In this document: one piece after another, positions 10,901-20,849 of the stretch
Position numbering within the stretch: position 1 is the first letter of the stretch
How the letters are laid out: the number at the start of each line of letters is the position of its first letter
DNA from: an uncultured virus (IMG/VR IMGVR_UViG_3300043470_001272)
Lineage: Duplodnaviria; Heunggongvirae; Uroviricota; Caudoviricetes
Reading direction: 5' to 3' (one strand)
IMG/VR virus record: IMGVR_UViG_3300043470_001272
DNA length: 55,852 bases
Program-made: the position numbers and the translations under genes
Notes under the pieces: generated by a model
Databases searched by the model: none
Seen by the model: the letters and a program-made list of their open reading frames with translations, nothing else
Told to the model about the DNA's origin: nothing

Positions 10901-11562
10901 TATCTTAAGGTATTTTGACTATCATCAGCACCATCAGATGGTACTTGTAAAGTCATGGTTAATTCTTTTATTACAAATTGCTCTACCTCAGCAAATAAAT
11001 ATTCAGGTAAAACAAAAGTATCATCTTGTCTAAGTGCACATGGATCTGAATCACATGTATCTAATTGACCATCAAACATTGCTTCTATTCTAATAGCATC
11101 CCAATCTATATTAGGACAATATATGTAACCATTAAGATACCAGAAATAAGGTCTCTTATTATATTTAAATGTTGTAGATTTAGTTATTGATACCCAGGTT
11201 CCTGGATCAGTACGGAACATTTCTATGGATCCATCTATAGAAGATGTAGTACGGATAATAGGACCAAACATACCATTAAGTATATTAGGTAATTTATCTT
11301 TAGATCTTTTAAAGTAACACTCTGAGTAAACTCCTACACATCCTGCTTCAACTTTATCTACATCTATAAGTTCTACATAAGGTAAAACTTTAAAGATCTG
11401 ACTCATCTTCATTAACCTAAACTGATTGTCTTCTCTTTTAATAAGAGTCTGTGCATATTTAGTTAAAGAGAAATAAATAGTTCTATCTGTTAAAAAAGGA
11501 TCTTCCTTAACAGCTTTTAAAGTATTTCTTACTCTTGATATTGCTTCACCTATTGTTGTCAT
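10900..11562 (-). CDS. Conserved crAss-like ring/structural protein
   Basis: MTTIGEAISRVRNTLK...KRSKDKLP...YFWYLNGYIY...DDSQN; synteny. Confidence 0.65.
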   Translation of the reverse strand: MTTIGEAISRVRNTLKAVKEDPFLTDRTIYFSLTKYAQTLIKREDNQFRLMKMSQIFKVLPYVELIDVDKVEAGCVGVYSECYFKRSKDKLPNILNGMFGPIIRTTSSIDGSIEMFRTDPGTWVSITKSTTFKYNKRPYFWYLNGYIYCPNIDWDAIRIEAMFDGQLDTCDSDPCALRQDDTFVLPEYLFAEVEQFVIKELTMTLQVPSDGADDSQNTLR

Positions 11563-12140
11563 ATATTAAATTCATTATATGTTTGCAGTCCTTCTTCTGT
11601 TTTTCTTTTCAGCATGTCTTTATATGTACTTGCTGTATAAGCTTTATTTATTCTTACTGTAGGTTCTACTACTAAATACATTGGCCAGTTTTCAGGATAT
11701 GTTTTAGCTACTAGTCTTTTAAAATTTCTACAAGCTGTAAATCCCCAGTATTCTCTATTAGTCATCTTTATTTTAGAAGCATAATTGCTGTAAAATATTT
11801 TAGCAAGTTTACCATCTGAATCCCAATTTCTATTTGTTACTTTAGCTCCATATTTATGAGACTTAGCAAAATCTATATTTTGTTTTTTAGCTTGTTCACA
11901 TGTACCAATAAATAACCAACCTACTAAGTCAGGTAATGCAACACCATCTCTTTTATCTATTACTGTATGATATATTTGTTCATTACAAGTCTTAACTAAT
12001 TTTTTCAAAACATCATCTTCTATATGCTTGAACTTAGAATACTTAGTTTTAAATTTCTTTGTAAGATCTTTATTAAAAAAATTATAAACAGCAGGTCTAA
12101 ATCTAGGAGCATTAAGATCAGGTTTTTTGATGGTTTCCAT
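11559..12140 (-). CDS. Divergent IHF/HU-like DNA-binding protein
   Basis: Basic; GVALPDLVGWLFIG and FTACRNFKRLVAK resemble the HU/IHF fold; position typical of crAss-like structural modules. Confidence 0.55.
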   Translation of the reverse strand: METIKKPDLNAPRFRPAVYNFFNKDLTKKFKTKYSKFKHIEDDVLKKLVKTCNEQIYHTVIDKRDGVALPDLVGWLFIGTCEQAKKQNIDFAKSHKYGAKVTNRNWDSDGKLAKIFYSNYASKIKMTNREYWGFTACRNFKRLVAKTYPENWPMYLVVEPTVRINKAYTASTYKDMLKRKTEEGLQTYNEFNI

Positions 12141-12190
12141 AGTATAATATAATAAAAATTAATGATTTAAACAAATGTAGTGAAAAAACA

Positions 12191-12215
12191 AAACCCCCAC
12201 AAGTGTGAGGGCTTT
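12191..12215 (-). terminator. GC hairpin plus T tract (terminator, possibly also the DGR downstream hairpin)
   Basis: Minus strand GCCCTCAC-ACTT-GTGGGGGT followed by TTTGTTTTTT. Confidence 0.7.
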
Positions 12216-12253
12216 GCCGTTGTTGTTACAGAAACCAACAAACCGTAACTTCT

Positions 12254-13174
12254 TTATATACTGAATTTTCTTACCGCACGCACATAGTAAGTGGAGTTCT
12301 TACTGCTGGTGTCGGCATACCCATTGACGAAGGTGAAGAGCCACGCGTTGCTGGTGTCGTACTCCGTACTACTCCAATAACTAACAAAACCAATTTGTGT
12401 TGGAGTACCAGGAATTGTACCAGCACTTGAAGCACCTGATAAAGTTCTATTCACATTAAATCTATTTTGCCAAAGTAAACTTAATTCATCAACAGCTGGT
12501 AAATACCAATCAGTAATAGTACCAACTGAATATGCTAAACATAATTGAGCAGCACTACTTGTTTCACCTGGTTGTCCATCAATAGCATTAGAATTACTTA
12601 ATCCATCCCATGTACTTTGAGCTGTTGCACCAATTGCTATATTATTTATATTTGACCAGACTGATGATGTAGATATATTATCTATACTAACAACTAAATA
12701 GTTTTCATTTGCACCATCTTTGTATCTATGAAATATTACACCTCCTCTTGATTCAACATACTGTCCTATTTCATAAGTATATTCTGGAGCTGGTGTTTTA
12801 TTACAAAAATAATCTACTATATCAACAAGGGCATTAGTAACCGTAGTTCCACTTTCAACTACAACATCAGCATCACATTCAATATCTGTAGATACAATAG
12901 TTTCTGTACAGATGTAATCTACTATACTTTCTAAAGCTTCAGCTACTGTATCATTAGTATTTACAATAGGTCCTGTAGGTTCAGGTGCAGCATTAAATGT
13001 TTGAGCTACTACTGTACATGATAAAGGTAATCCTGTATATCTTACACATTGTGCATCAAATATTTCAGAGCAAGGTTGCGGAGTAGGACATCCTACTGGA
13101 GTTGGACATGGAGCAGGACTAACCATAAAGCTATCCTGACATCCGCATTTTTTACAAGTATTTGTTGTTGTCAT
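12254..13174 (-). CDS. Fibre/adhesin with C-terminal DUF1566/CLec-type domain; probable DGR target
   Basis: DWYLPAVDELSLL...YWSSTE...AW...VRAVRKF; Cys-rich N-terminus; start taken at MTTTNTC (13174). Confidence 0.8.
   Translation of the reverse strand: MTTTNTCKKCGCQDSFMVSPAPCPTPVGCPTPQPCSEIFDAQCVRYTGLPLSCTVVAQTFNAAPEPTGPIVNTNDTVAEALESIVDYICTETIVSTDIECDADVVVESGTTVTNALVDIVDYFCNKTPAPEYTYEIGQYVESRGGVIFHRYKDGANENYLVVSIDNISTSSVWSNINNIAIGATAQSTWDGLSNSNAIDGQPGETSSAAQLCLAYSVGTITDWYLPAVDELSLLWQNRFNVNRTLSGASSAGTIPGTPTQIGFVSYWSSTEYDTSNAWLFTFVNGYADTSSKNSTYYVRAVRKFSI
12257..12380 (-). mobile_element. Diversity-generating retroelement variable region (VR)
   Basis: Abrupt GC rise and run of NNC codons (TAC GAC ACC AGC AAC...CTC TTC ACC TTC GTC...GAC ACC AGC) in an A/T-ending genome, at the 3' end of a CLec domain. 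Confidence 0.75.
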
Positions 13175-13176
13175 AG

Positions 13177-14838
13177 TTACGCGGGTATACATTCATTATT
13201 TTTAATATCTAAAGTACAAGGATCTACATAAGCTATTAAACCATCTAAAGATACTTTAAAACCTCCTACTTGAGTTCTATCACCTGCATTACATGTTACA
13301 GGCCATTGATAGTTAGTACTAGCTTCAGATGTAATTGTTCTATCTGGAGATGCTGGAGCAGGACTTGTAGTAAATGAATGTAACTCAGATGCTGCATTTA
13401 AATAGTCTGGTAAATAATTACCTGTTACAACATTACTTGTTATATATCTTAAAGCTGACATACCTATTTCAGTGGACGTATCTATTGTATTTAACTCTAA
13501 AACATCTAAAGTAAATAGTTTTAATTTTTTATTACTATCTATAAGAAATAAAACAGAAGCTGTTAAGTAACCATTACTAGTATTACCACCATCTACAACT
13601 TGAATTTCTCTTACAGCCAAATTACTTGATGATCTATAAACACCATCTAAATTTGTACCTGCATCTAATACTGAAGCTGGAATAACACTAGTATCATTAT
13701 TAAATACAATTCTATTACCTACATCATAAGTAATACCACCACTACCTGTAAAAGTACCTACTTGATAAAATGTTCTGTATGAATTATCTGCAGTTAAATT
13801 TACTACTGAACCAGAGCCATTATCTAATGGTATATAAGCAAGACCTCTAAAATGTATTACATTTCCAATTCTTCTACACTGAGGTTTAGCAAGACTACCT
13901 GTATAAAAATCAAAACCTAATAAATCTTTCCAACCAGTATCATTTACTTTAGCTGTTAATACTCCAGCAGTAAAATCTAAATTAACAGAACTTGTATCAG
14001 TTACAGTTATAGATGAGCTATTTAAATAACTATACATATCACATAATACAATCCAAATATTATTGATTGCATCTGCTACTGTATCAGTAAGTGCCATAGG
14101 GATCCAAGTTCCTAAATATACCTGGGCAAAAGTTTGAGCAGGATTAGACAAAGTTAAATCTCCATCTACAACACATTGTGATTGTACAGCATTAACTATA
14201 TCTGAAGGGTTTCCTGTAGCAGCTAATAAATTACAGTAACCGTTTACATTATTATATATAGCATCTAGGGCTACTTGTAAACTGTAAGGTCCTGCAGCTA
14301 ATAAACAACTTATAGTTACAGTTGGTAAAGTAAATACTGGAAGATTATCTATTTGAGTTTGTAAATCATTAAGTGTATTATTAATTACACTGATTTGACT
14401 ATTGATACTAGCAATTTCTGAACCTATACTACATACTCTGTTAGCAATCATTTGAACATAATCTGTCAATTGCATAGTAGTAGCTGTACCCTGAACAAAA
14501 CATTTAGCAACACTAACTACACAATCTGGACAACCACTTATAGATTTAGTAGTATCTGTAACAACTCCATTAGCAGTACAAATTCTATCAATTAATAATT
14601 GAATTAAAGCTTGAAAATCATCAGGAGGACATGCTGCTAAATTAAAGCAAGATAAATCATAGTTAGAAACATTTAACTGTTCCATAATAGTACATAACTC
14701 TGTACCTAATTTATATACAATGTCAGATATAGTATCTCCTGTACATAATTTAATACATGGAATATCTGGTCCTTGCCAAATAACACAGTTACTTGATATT
14801 GGGCTACACGGTCTATTATCTAAGTTTAATGGCTTCAT
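13177..14838 (-). CDS. Cys-rich tail fibre-like protein
   Basis: CSPISSNCVIWQGPDIPC N-terminus related to that of the next gene, coiled coil, DTGWKDL...CRRIGNVIHFRG fibre motif; start taken at MKPLNLD. Confidence 0.6.
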   Translation of the reverse strand: MKPLNLDNRPCSPISSNCVIWQGPDIPCIKLCTGDTISDIVYKLGTELCTIMEQLNVSNYDLSCFNLAACPPDDFQALIQLLIDRICTANGVVTDTTKSISGCPDCVVSVAKCFVQGTATTMQLTDYVQMIANRVCSIGSEIASINSQISVINNTLNDLQTQIDNLPVFTLPTVTISCLLAAGPYSLQVALDAIYNNVNGYCNLLAATGNPSDIVNAVQSQCVVDGDLTLSNPAQTFAQVYLGTWIPMALTDTVADAINNIWIVLCDMYSYLNSSSITVTDTSSVNLDFTAGVLTAKVNDTGWKDLLGFDFYTGSLAKPQCRRIGNVIHFRGLAYIPLDNGSGSVVNLTADNSYRTFYQVGTFTGSGGITYDVGNRIVFNNDTSVIPASVLDAGTNLDGVYRSSSNLAVREIQVVDGGNTSNGYLTASVLFLIDSNKKLKLFTLDVLELNTIDTSTEIGMSALRYITSNVVTGNYLPDYLNAASELHSFTTSPAPASPDRTITSEASTNYQWPVTCNAGDRTQVGGFKVSLDGLIAYVDPCTLDIKNNECIPA

Positions 14839-14857
14839 ATTTATAATATAATAATTA

Positions 14858-17845
14858 TTATTGAGAATTGCAAGTTTTAAGTGTATTACACCCGCAATCA
14901 TTTATAGGTTGATTACAACAAGATGTAACTGGTTTACATATATAGTCAGGATCTCTTAATGCATCAAGATCTATTAGTTCTTTTTTAATTAACCATTTCT
15001 CATCATCTTCTGGACAGCAATTACTAATACCATATCTTAATCTTATTACTTGTTTGTATAAAATCTCAGATGACCGGCATGTAATCTTTTCATATTTTTC
15101 TATGTCACAAGTAGGTACAGAGTATCCAGGTTTTACTTTTCTTTTTGGATATACTACTGGTGGGCATACTCCATTAATACAATTACCAAAATATTCTATA
15201 TAATTTTGTAATGGTGCTTTTCCTAACCATTCACTTAAACAATACTTCTCAGAAGTTTCCCCTGGTTTTATAATTCCTGTATCTAATGATATACCTGTAC
15301 AATCTAAATAAGCAAAACTAGTTGCTTCACCTGTATCATTTCTAAGTGTACTACATACACAAGGTACTACACTTTGACAAGCTACACAATCATCATAACT
15401 TTTTAATTGAGTTACCGTAGTAGGATTAATTGGTTCAGATGTTTCCGTTACTATCCAACATCCCGGACATTCTTTAATACTTACAATAAAACCTTCACAA
15501 TTACAAGCAATAGTTGATACAGTATTAAAAGGAGTTCCTTCTACAAAAGACCAACTTGTTGAAATAGGAATATCAATATCAGAATTTAGTTGATATTGAG
15601 TAGCTTCAATACCTATATTTAAATACCAAGTATCTGGATTAAATGCTAAACTTATTACTTCAAATGTATCAAAACCAACATCACTTATATAAAAGTAAAC
15701 ACTTTTACCATCCTCTTCTCCTGTACTTTGTAATGTATATTCAATACCATCTAAAACTACTGTTATGCAAGGATTTGATAAAGTAATTAAATTAACTGAA
15801 ATATTTGTATAACCATTCTCACCTGTCCAATTTATAAAATCAGGACTTGTAGCAACTATAGCTGTTTCATTATTCTCAAAAAAAATAGTCCATAAATTTG
15901 TATCTGATACATATCTTAAAAAAAATATATTATTATCTAAATTATTTGTATAAACATATATATTTTCATTATCTATATTACCCACATTAGATAAATCTTT
16001 TACATATTCAATACCTTCATAAGTATAGGTAACTCTTGCAAATTCATTAGAACAATCATTATTAACAGTAGGGCTTGTATCAAATGTAGATATTTGAGGA
16101 GCTATTAAATTTAATGCAGAATCTGTATAAATTATTTCAGTATCATCAGTACAATTAGTTAATTTATAATAAGTCTTAGCACATGCTACACATGAATCAA
16201 AAGTAAATGTAATATTAATAGTTTGTGTACTTGGTGGATTATAATTTATTTCAGATACAAACCAACACTCACCACATTCTAACTTTACTGTTTTTCCTAC
16301 ATATTCTGAGTAGTCTTCAGTACTATATCTTATAATAGATTGATTATTACAGTTAGTAAATTTATAATTTACAATTGGTAAACAAGCAGGACAACTAGCA
16401 TAAGCTGTTAGTATAGTAACACTAACAGGACAATCACAAACTTCTGTAATATCTATACTCCAACAACCATCATAACCTTGTAGTGTAACTACTTGTTCTT
16501 GAGCATAATAAGGAATTACAGTAGATGAATTAGATACTACTAATATTTCACTAGTTTGACAATTAGTAAATTCAAAACATATTTCAGGACATACTCCACC
16601 TACACATAATCCTAGTTCTACTACATAACCTATAGCAGGTCCAGTAACAATAGGTGTAATATAAGAACATACTTTACCTCCACCTAATTGTACAATAAGT
16701 TCTAAATCAGAATTAATATATGTTACTGTAGTAGGGTTACCAGTAATTTGATAACAGTTGATAGGACAAGGTGTTACATCAGCAAGTACTACTGTAATAT
16801 CATTTACAGCATTTTTACAATTTCCTGTATTTTCTAATACTAACCAAGTACCTGCAACAGGACCTTCACTGTTACTAATAGTAACCCATGTTCCAACATT
16901 ACTTGATAAATCAGAAGTTGTATTAAAATTATTACCATCACAATTATAAAGTGTGTAACAAGGTATTGTACAACTAGGACATTGTGCTATATAATTAATA
17001 CAATCAGTATCTTTATTATTTATAGAAATAAAATTAACTCCTGCATTATAAAGAGGTGGGGATGGTAATGCATTATAAGCAGCAATATCCGGAACTGTAG
17101 CATCTCCAACAATACCTATCTCAATACCATAACATTTATTTACTAAACCATCTACAGGAATTCCAATGTATTCTTGTACACCATAATATAAATTTGCATC
17201 TATACCTTTAAATAAAATAGTTTCTGTAGTACAGCAATTTGTAAAGATTAAGTATTGTAAACCTAATTCACAAGCTGGACAAAATCCATCATTTATAGCA
17301 GCTTCACAATCTCTATATGAACCTAATCCTGGTTCTAGATCTTCACAAGGAGGTCCTACATTATAAACACCATTATCAATACTTTGAATATTGTAACATT
17401 GTTCTGATTCAAATACAAAACCACTATCTGTAACAAAACCTGGACCAGTATATTTATAAGTAGTAGTGTAAACACCACACCCAGAAAAATCAATATTAAT
17501 ATTTACAACATTAGCTGTATCACAACATGCAAATACTGAATATGCTTCAGGTAATGCAATTTCACAAGCAGCACAGTTTATATTATTACAGTCATTATTA
17601 CTAACAAATGTTATGTCAGCTTGATTAAATGCTGTAGGATAAAAACTAAAATTAGTTCCTAAATATTCTACAGTATAACAATAACCATTATAAAACCACA
17701 TCCCTGTAGTTGATTCTTCAAAAGATGTACCATTATATACATAAACACCATCAGCAACTAGACCACTACTAGGTATGTTAAATACATCAGTAGAAACATC
17801 TTGTTCACAGCAACTAGTAATTCTATAACGTCTTACACCTCCCAT
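14858..17845 (-). CDS. Cys-rich repetitive structural protein, 995 aa
   Basis: Repeated Y/FxxxxC...C[WY]...CxxC modules. Confidence 0.6.
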   Translation of the reverse strand: MGGVRRYRITSCCEQDVSTDVFNIPSSGLVADGVYVYNGTSFEESTTGMWFYNGYCYTVEYLGTNFSFYPTAFNQADITFVSNNDCNNINCAACEIALPEAYSVFACCDTANVVNINIDFSGCGVYTTTYKYTGPGFVTDSGFVFESEQCYNIQSIDNGVYNVGPPCEDLEPGLGSYRDCEAAINDGFCPACELGLQYLIFTNCCTTETILFKGIDANLYYGVQEYIGIPVDGLVNKCYGIEIGIVGDATVPDIAAYNALPSPPLYNAGVNFISINNKDTDCINYIAQCPSCTIPCYTLYNCDGNNFNTTSDLSSNVGTWVTISNSEGPVAGTWLVLENTGNCKNAVNDITVVLADVTPCPINCYQITGNPTTVTYINSDLELIVQLGGGKVCSYITPIVTGPAIGYVVELGLCVGGVCPEICFEFTNCQTSEILVVSNSSTVIPYYAQEQVVTLQGYDGCWSIDITEVCDCPVSVTILTAYASCPACLPIVNYKFTNCNNQSIIRYSTEDYSEYVGKTVKLECGECWFVSEINYNPPSTQTINITFTFDSCVACAKTYYKLTNCTDDTEIIYTDSALNLIAPQISTFDTSPTVNNDCSNEFARVTYTYEGIEYVKDLSNVGNIDNENIYVYTNNLDNNIFFLRYVSDTNLWTIFFENNETAIVATSPDFINWTGENGYTNISVNLITLSNPCITVVLDGIEYTLQSTGEEDGKSVYFYISDVGFDTFEVISLAFNPDTWYLNIGIEATQYQLNSDIDIPISTSWSFVEGTPFNTVSTIACNCEGFIVSIKECPGCWIVTETSEPINPTTVTQLKSYDDCVACQSVVPCVCSTLRNDTGEATSFAYLDCTGISLDTGIIKPGETSEKYCLSEWLGKAPLQNYIEYFGNCINGVCPPVVYPKRKVKPGYSVPTCDIEKYEKITCRSSEILYKQVIRLRYGISNCCPEDDEKWLIKKELIDLDALRDPDYICKPVTSCCNQPINDCGCNTLKTCNSQ

Positions 17846-17848
17846 TAC

Positions 17849-18049
17849 TTATTTTTTTAAAAACTTGTGTAAATTTTTGTATCTATTTGGACCCCAAGTA
17901 TTAGCTGTAGGTGCCGTTGTATTTTCTATTTTTTTTACTGAAGCTTGTGTTTTGTTAACACAGTTTGTACAAGCACTTTTTCCATCAGCTGTTGTTCTTT
18001 TCTGACAGCCACAAGAAAGTTTTGTACCACAATTTGCACATGTTGACAT
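17849..18049 (-). CDS. Small Cys-rich (Zn-finger-like) protein
   Basis: CANCGTKLSCGCQ...CTNC. Confidence 0.65.
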   Translation of the reverse strand: MSTCANCGTKLSCGCQKRTTADGKSACTNCVNKTQASVKKIENTTAPTANTWGPNRYKNLHKFLKK

Positions 18050-18066
18050 AATCTATTGGTTTTAAG

Positions 18067-18612
18067 TTATTTACAATTTGTACAAGTCATCTTGTTAAGA
18101 AGCTTCATAGCATAGTTATATAAACTCATACCTTTTTGAGGCTCATGACAAAATTCAACTTTTCCTTTTGCTGCTTGAAGATACATAAAAATTAATCTTA
18201 GTTCTTCAAGTCTTTGTTTAATTTTAAATGGGGGATCACATGCAGCAACATCTACATCACATAATACATTATAGTATTTGTTTAATGCTTGTGTAATTCT
18301 CATATGGTTATATTCTACATATACTGTTTCATTAGGAGATACACTATACTTAATAATATATACTCCATCTGGTATGTCTACATTAACAGTTCCGCAGTCT
18401 GTAGTTTGTAACTGTAAGTCACATGCAGTAATTGTTTCTGCAAAATCTTCTGTAACATCTAGTTGTACAGAATAACCAAATCCTGGTACTGTAATATTTA
18501 ATGTAGGACAAGTTACCGGAATCAGTTTTGAATATATACTTGTATCAAATATCTTTAAGATACAAGGGTTCATTACTGTAGGTACTTCTAAACTTAGTAT
18601 ATGATTAGCCAT
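18067..18612 (-). CDS. crAss-like ring/hub structural protein
   Basis: DTSIY...LNITVPGF...IPDGVYIIKYSVSP; synteny. Confidence 0.6.
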   Translation of the reverse strand: MANHILSLEVPTVMNPCILKIFDTSIYSKLIPVTCPTLNITVPGFGYSVQLDVTEDFAETITACDLQLQTTDCGTVNVDIPDGVYIIKYSVSPNETVYVEYNHMRITQALNKYYNVLCDVDVAACDPPFKIKQRLEELRLIFMYLQAAKGKVEFCHEPQKGMSLYNYAMKLLNKMTCTNCK

Positions 18613-18623
18613 AATTATATATT

Positions 18624-18658
18624 AAAAAAGGGGAGGAGTTTGAAACTCAGCTCCCCTT
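18624..18658 (-). terminator. Intrinsic terminator
   Basis: GGGGAG/CTCCCC stem with T tract on the minus strand. Confidence 0.7.
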
Positions 18659-18683
18659 ATTATTTTTAATTTAATCCTAAATA

Positions 18684-20264
18684 TTAATCACAAACTTGTA
18701 ATGTATCAGGACTGAAATTAGGATATGTAAGTGTAGGGAAATTGTAAATAGGTTCACAATCTGTAACACAATTTTCAACTTGTACATTAGGATCACATAC
18801 TCCAGCACATCCATTATCTAACCAACTTTCAACAAATGTTTCAAATGCATTATTTGAACCACAAGTGATAACTTCTAACAAGTATTGATCATTGTCAAAT
18901 GTACTAGTTGGGTTATTGAAACGTGGTACATTGTGTTGTAAGAAGTATCTTGTATACAAAACATTTCTGTTAATGTAATCAAACACACTGTAACCTTGAG
19001 TAATCTCACGGATACGGAAGTCTGAGTGGAAGAAGTTTTGTCTGTATTGTTCAGATAAAATTACATCACGTGCAACTGATTCACCAAGACCCATTGCTTG
19101 TCTTCCTTGACATTCTGTGATAACACAAACACCATCAAAAGTACATGGGTCACCATTTAAGTCTACTTCAGAAGCATACAATCTAACTGGCTCAACTTCA
19201 TAGAAGTCAGAAACTTGGAATGTACAGTTTTGGAATTTAGTATCTACATAAGCTCCGTTAAGAACTAATCCAGCACAACCATCAGGAGTGTGTCCTGGAG
19301 ATACATAATGATCCCAAGTATCAGCTCCTTCATCAGCTAAGAAAGCAGCATCTGTTCCTGGTGCATACCAAGGAGTACCTGCTTCATCAACTAAGATGAT
19401 TTGCATGAATGGAGAGATAACTGGATATCTTGTGATAGCCTCAGCCCATTGTTTGAAGATTAAAGTAGAGTCAATTACTGTTGGAGCAATGGCACCATCA
19501 GGACAACATCCACCGTATGCAGAAGCAATGATATAAGAGTTGTGGTTAAGTAATCTTAATGCAGGAGAACCTTTAACATCAACACGTAATGTATAAGTTT
19601 CACCACATAAGAATTCTTTACAACAGTTAGCACCTACACCAGCAGTTACAACAAATATAGGTTGTGTACCATCACCATCTTCAGGAATAAGTTCATCACT
19701 AGTTGTAGCTGTATCAGCTGTCGTCCAATCTGAACCACCATTTACAATTTCTACAAAAGTAACTTCACCACCTACTACAGTGATATTAACTACTAAACCA
19801 ACTCCTGTTGAAGGACCAACTGCATCTAATGGAATATCTGTGTATACACCATCAACTAAGTTAGCACCCGGATCACCAGCACCAGCTGTTGATAAACCTA
19901 AAGCTACATCATCTGTGTAAGCTGTATTACCAATGTGAATTACATTGTTTTGTGGAGTACATGGATCTACACGGTAGAATCTACTTACATACTTAGGATT
20001 GATTTCTTTAGACTTGTTAGTCTCTTTGTATCCTCCGTGAAAAGGACCAATTTTATCATTTTGATAAATTGAACCTGCAGCAAGTACAAGGTTACAACAG
20101 TTTGTTGGAGCGGTAGTTTGTAAAGCCCAAGTTTTAGCATTTACAAATGCAAATTCTCCACCTTGTAAAATATTACCTGGTGTACCTAAATGACCACTAA
20201 GGGTATTTACAAAACCATTTGTTCCCACAAAGGTTTTTCTAAAGGCATGATTAAAATAACTCAT
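18684..20264 (-). CDS. Abundant structural protein (auxiliary capsid protein candidate)
   Basis: 526 aa, optimised codons, own promoter motif and terminator; CGETYTLRVDVKG and HNVPRFNNPTSTFDND motifs. Confidence 0.55.
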   Translation of the reverse strand: MSYFNHAFRKTFVGTNGFVNTLSGHLGTPGNILQGGEFAFVNAKTWALQTTAPTNCCNLVLAAGSIYQNDKIGPFHGGYKETNKSKEINPKYVSRFYRVDPCTPQNNVIHIGNTAYTDDVALGLSTAGAGDPGANLVDGVYTDIPLDAVGPSTGVGLVVNITVVGGEVTFVEIVNGGSDWTTADTATTSDELIPEDGDGTQPIFVVTAGVGANCCKEFLCGETYTLRVDVKGSPALRLLNHNSYIIASAYGGCCPDGAIAPTVIDSTLIFKQWAEAITRYPVISPFMQIILVDEAGTPWYAPGTDAAFLADEGADTWDHYVSPGHTPDGCAGLVLNGAYVDTKFQNCTFQVSDFYEVEPVRLYASEVDLNGDPCTFDGVCVITECQGRQAMGLGESVARDVILSEQYRQNFFHSDFRIREITQGYSVFDYINRNVLYTRYFLQHNVPRFNNPTSTFDNDQYLLEVITCGSNNAFETFVESWLDNGCAGVCDPNVQVENCVTDCEPIYNFPTLTYPNFSPDTLQVCD

Positions 20265-20329
20265 TTTGTTTTTGTTTTAGTTAATAAATATATAATATAA
20301 TATAGTAAAAGTTTTTGAAATAACAAAAT

Positions 20330-20848
20330 TTATTTCAAGAAAAGTAATTTATATTTTGTAGAGTTGATAGAATCTTTAACTAAATCTAGATTATTTACTA
20401 TTTCTGAGTAAGGTAACATAGCTTGTAACTTGTTAACCATTGCATAGATATCTCTTAGATAAGCTACTCCGTCTGCTACTGTATCAAGAGTTCTAGGATT
20501 AGTTTCCTGATACTTTAATATTTTTTCTGCAGCACCTTGATAACCTTCAATAAGAGTATCAGCAAAATCTGGTAATGCATCATATATTTTATTAAGAGCT
20601 TTATGAGCAGCATAAGAACCATCACCTGTTACTTTAAGATGTAGTTTATGAAAACTTGTTCTTGCATTCATAAGTTCTGAAACACATGATGCTACCATAG
20701 TATCTAAAGAACTACCTCCCACACCTGTATTAGGAGTAGGTTCTGGTTTAGCTAGTTCACTCTTAGGTTGTGTTACAGTAACTGTTGGTCTACTAATAGT
20801 TTTAGTAGGTTCCGGACTTCTTTTTAAAAGTCTTGATTTTTCTTCCAT
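20330..20848 (-). CDS. Ferritin/Dps-like four-helix protein (DUF5856-like)
   Basis: FHKLHLKVTGDGSYAAHKALNKIYD...DTLIEGYQG...KYKL; start taken at MEEKS (20848). Confidence 0.75.
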   Translation of the reverse strand: MEEKSRLLKRSPEPTKTISRPTVTVTQPKSELAKPEPTPNTGVGGSSLDTMVASCVSELMNARTSFHKLHLKVTGDGSYAAHKALNKIYDALPDFADTLIEGYQGAAEKILKYQETNPRTLDTVADGVAYLRDIYAMVNKLQAMLPYSEIVNNLDLVKDSINSTKYKLLFLK

Positions 20849-20849
20849 G

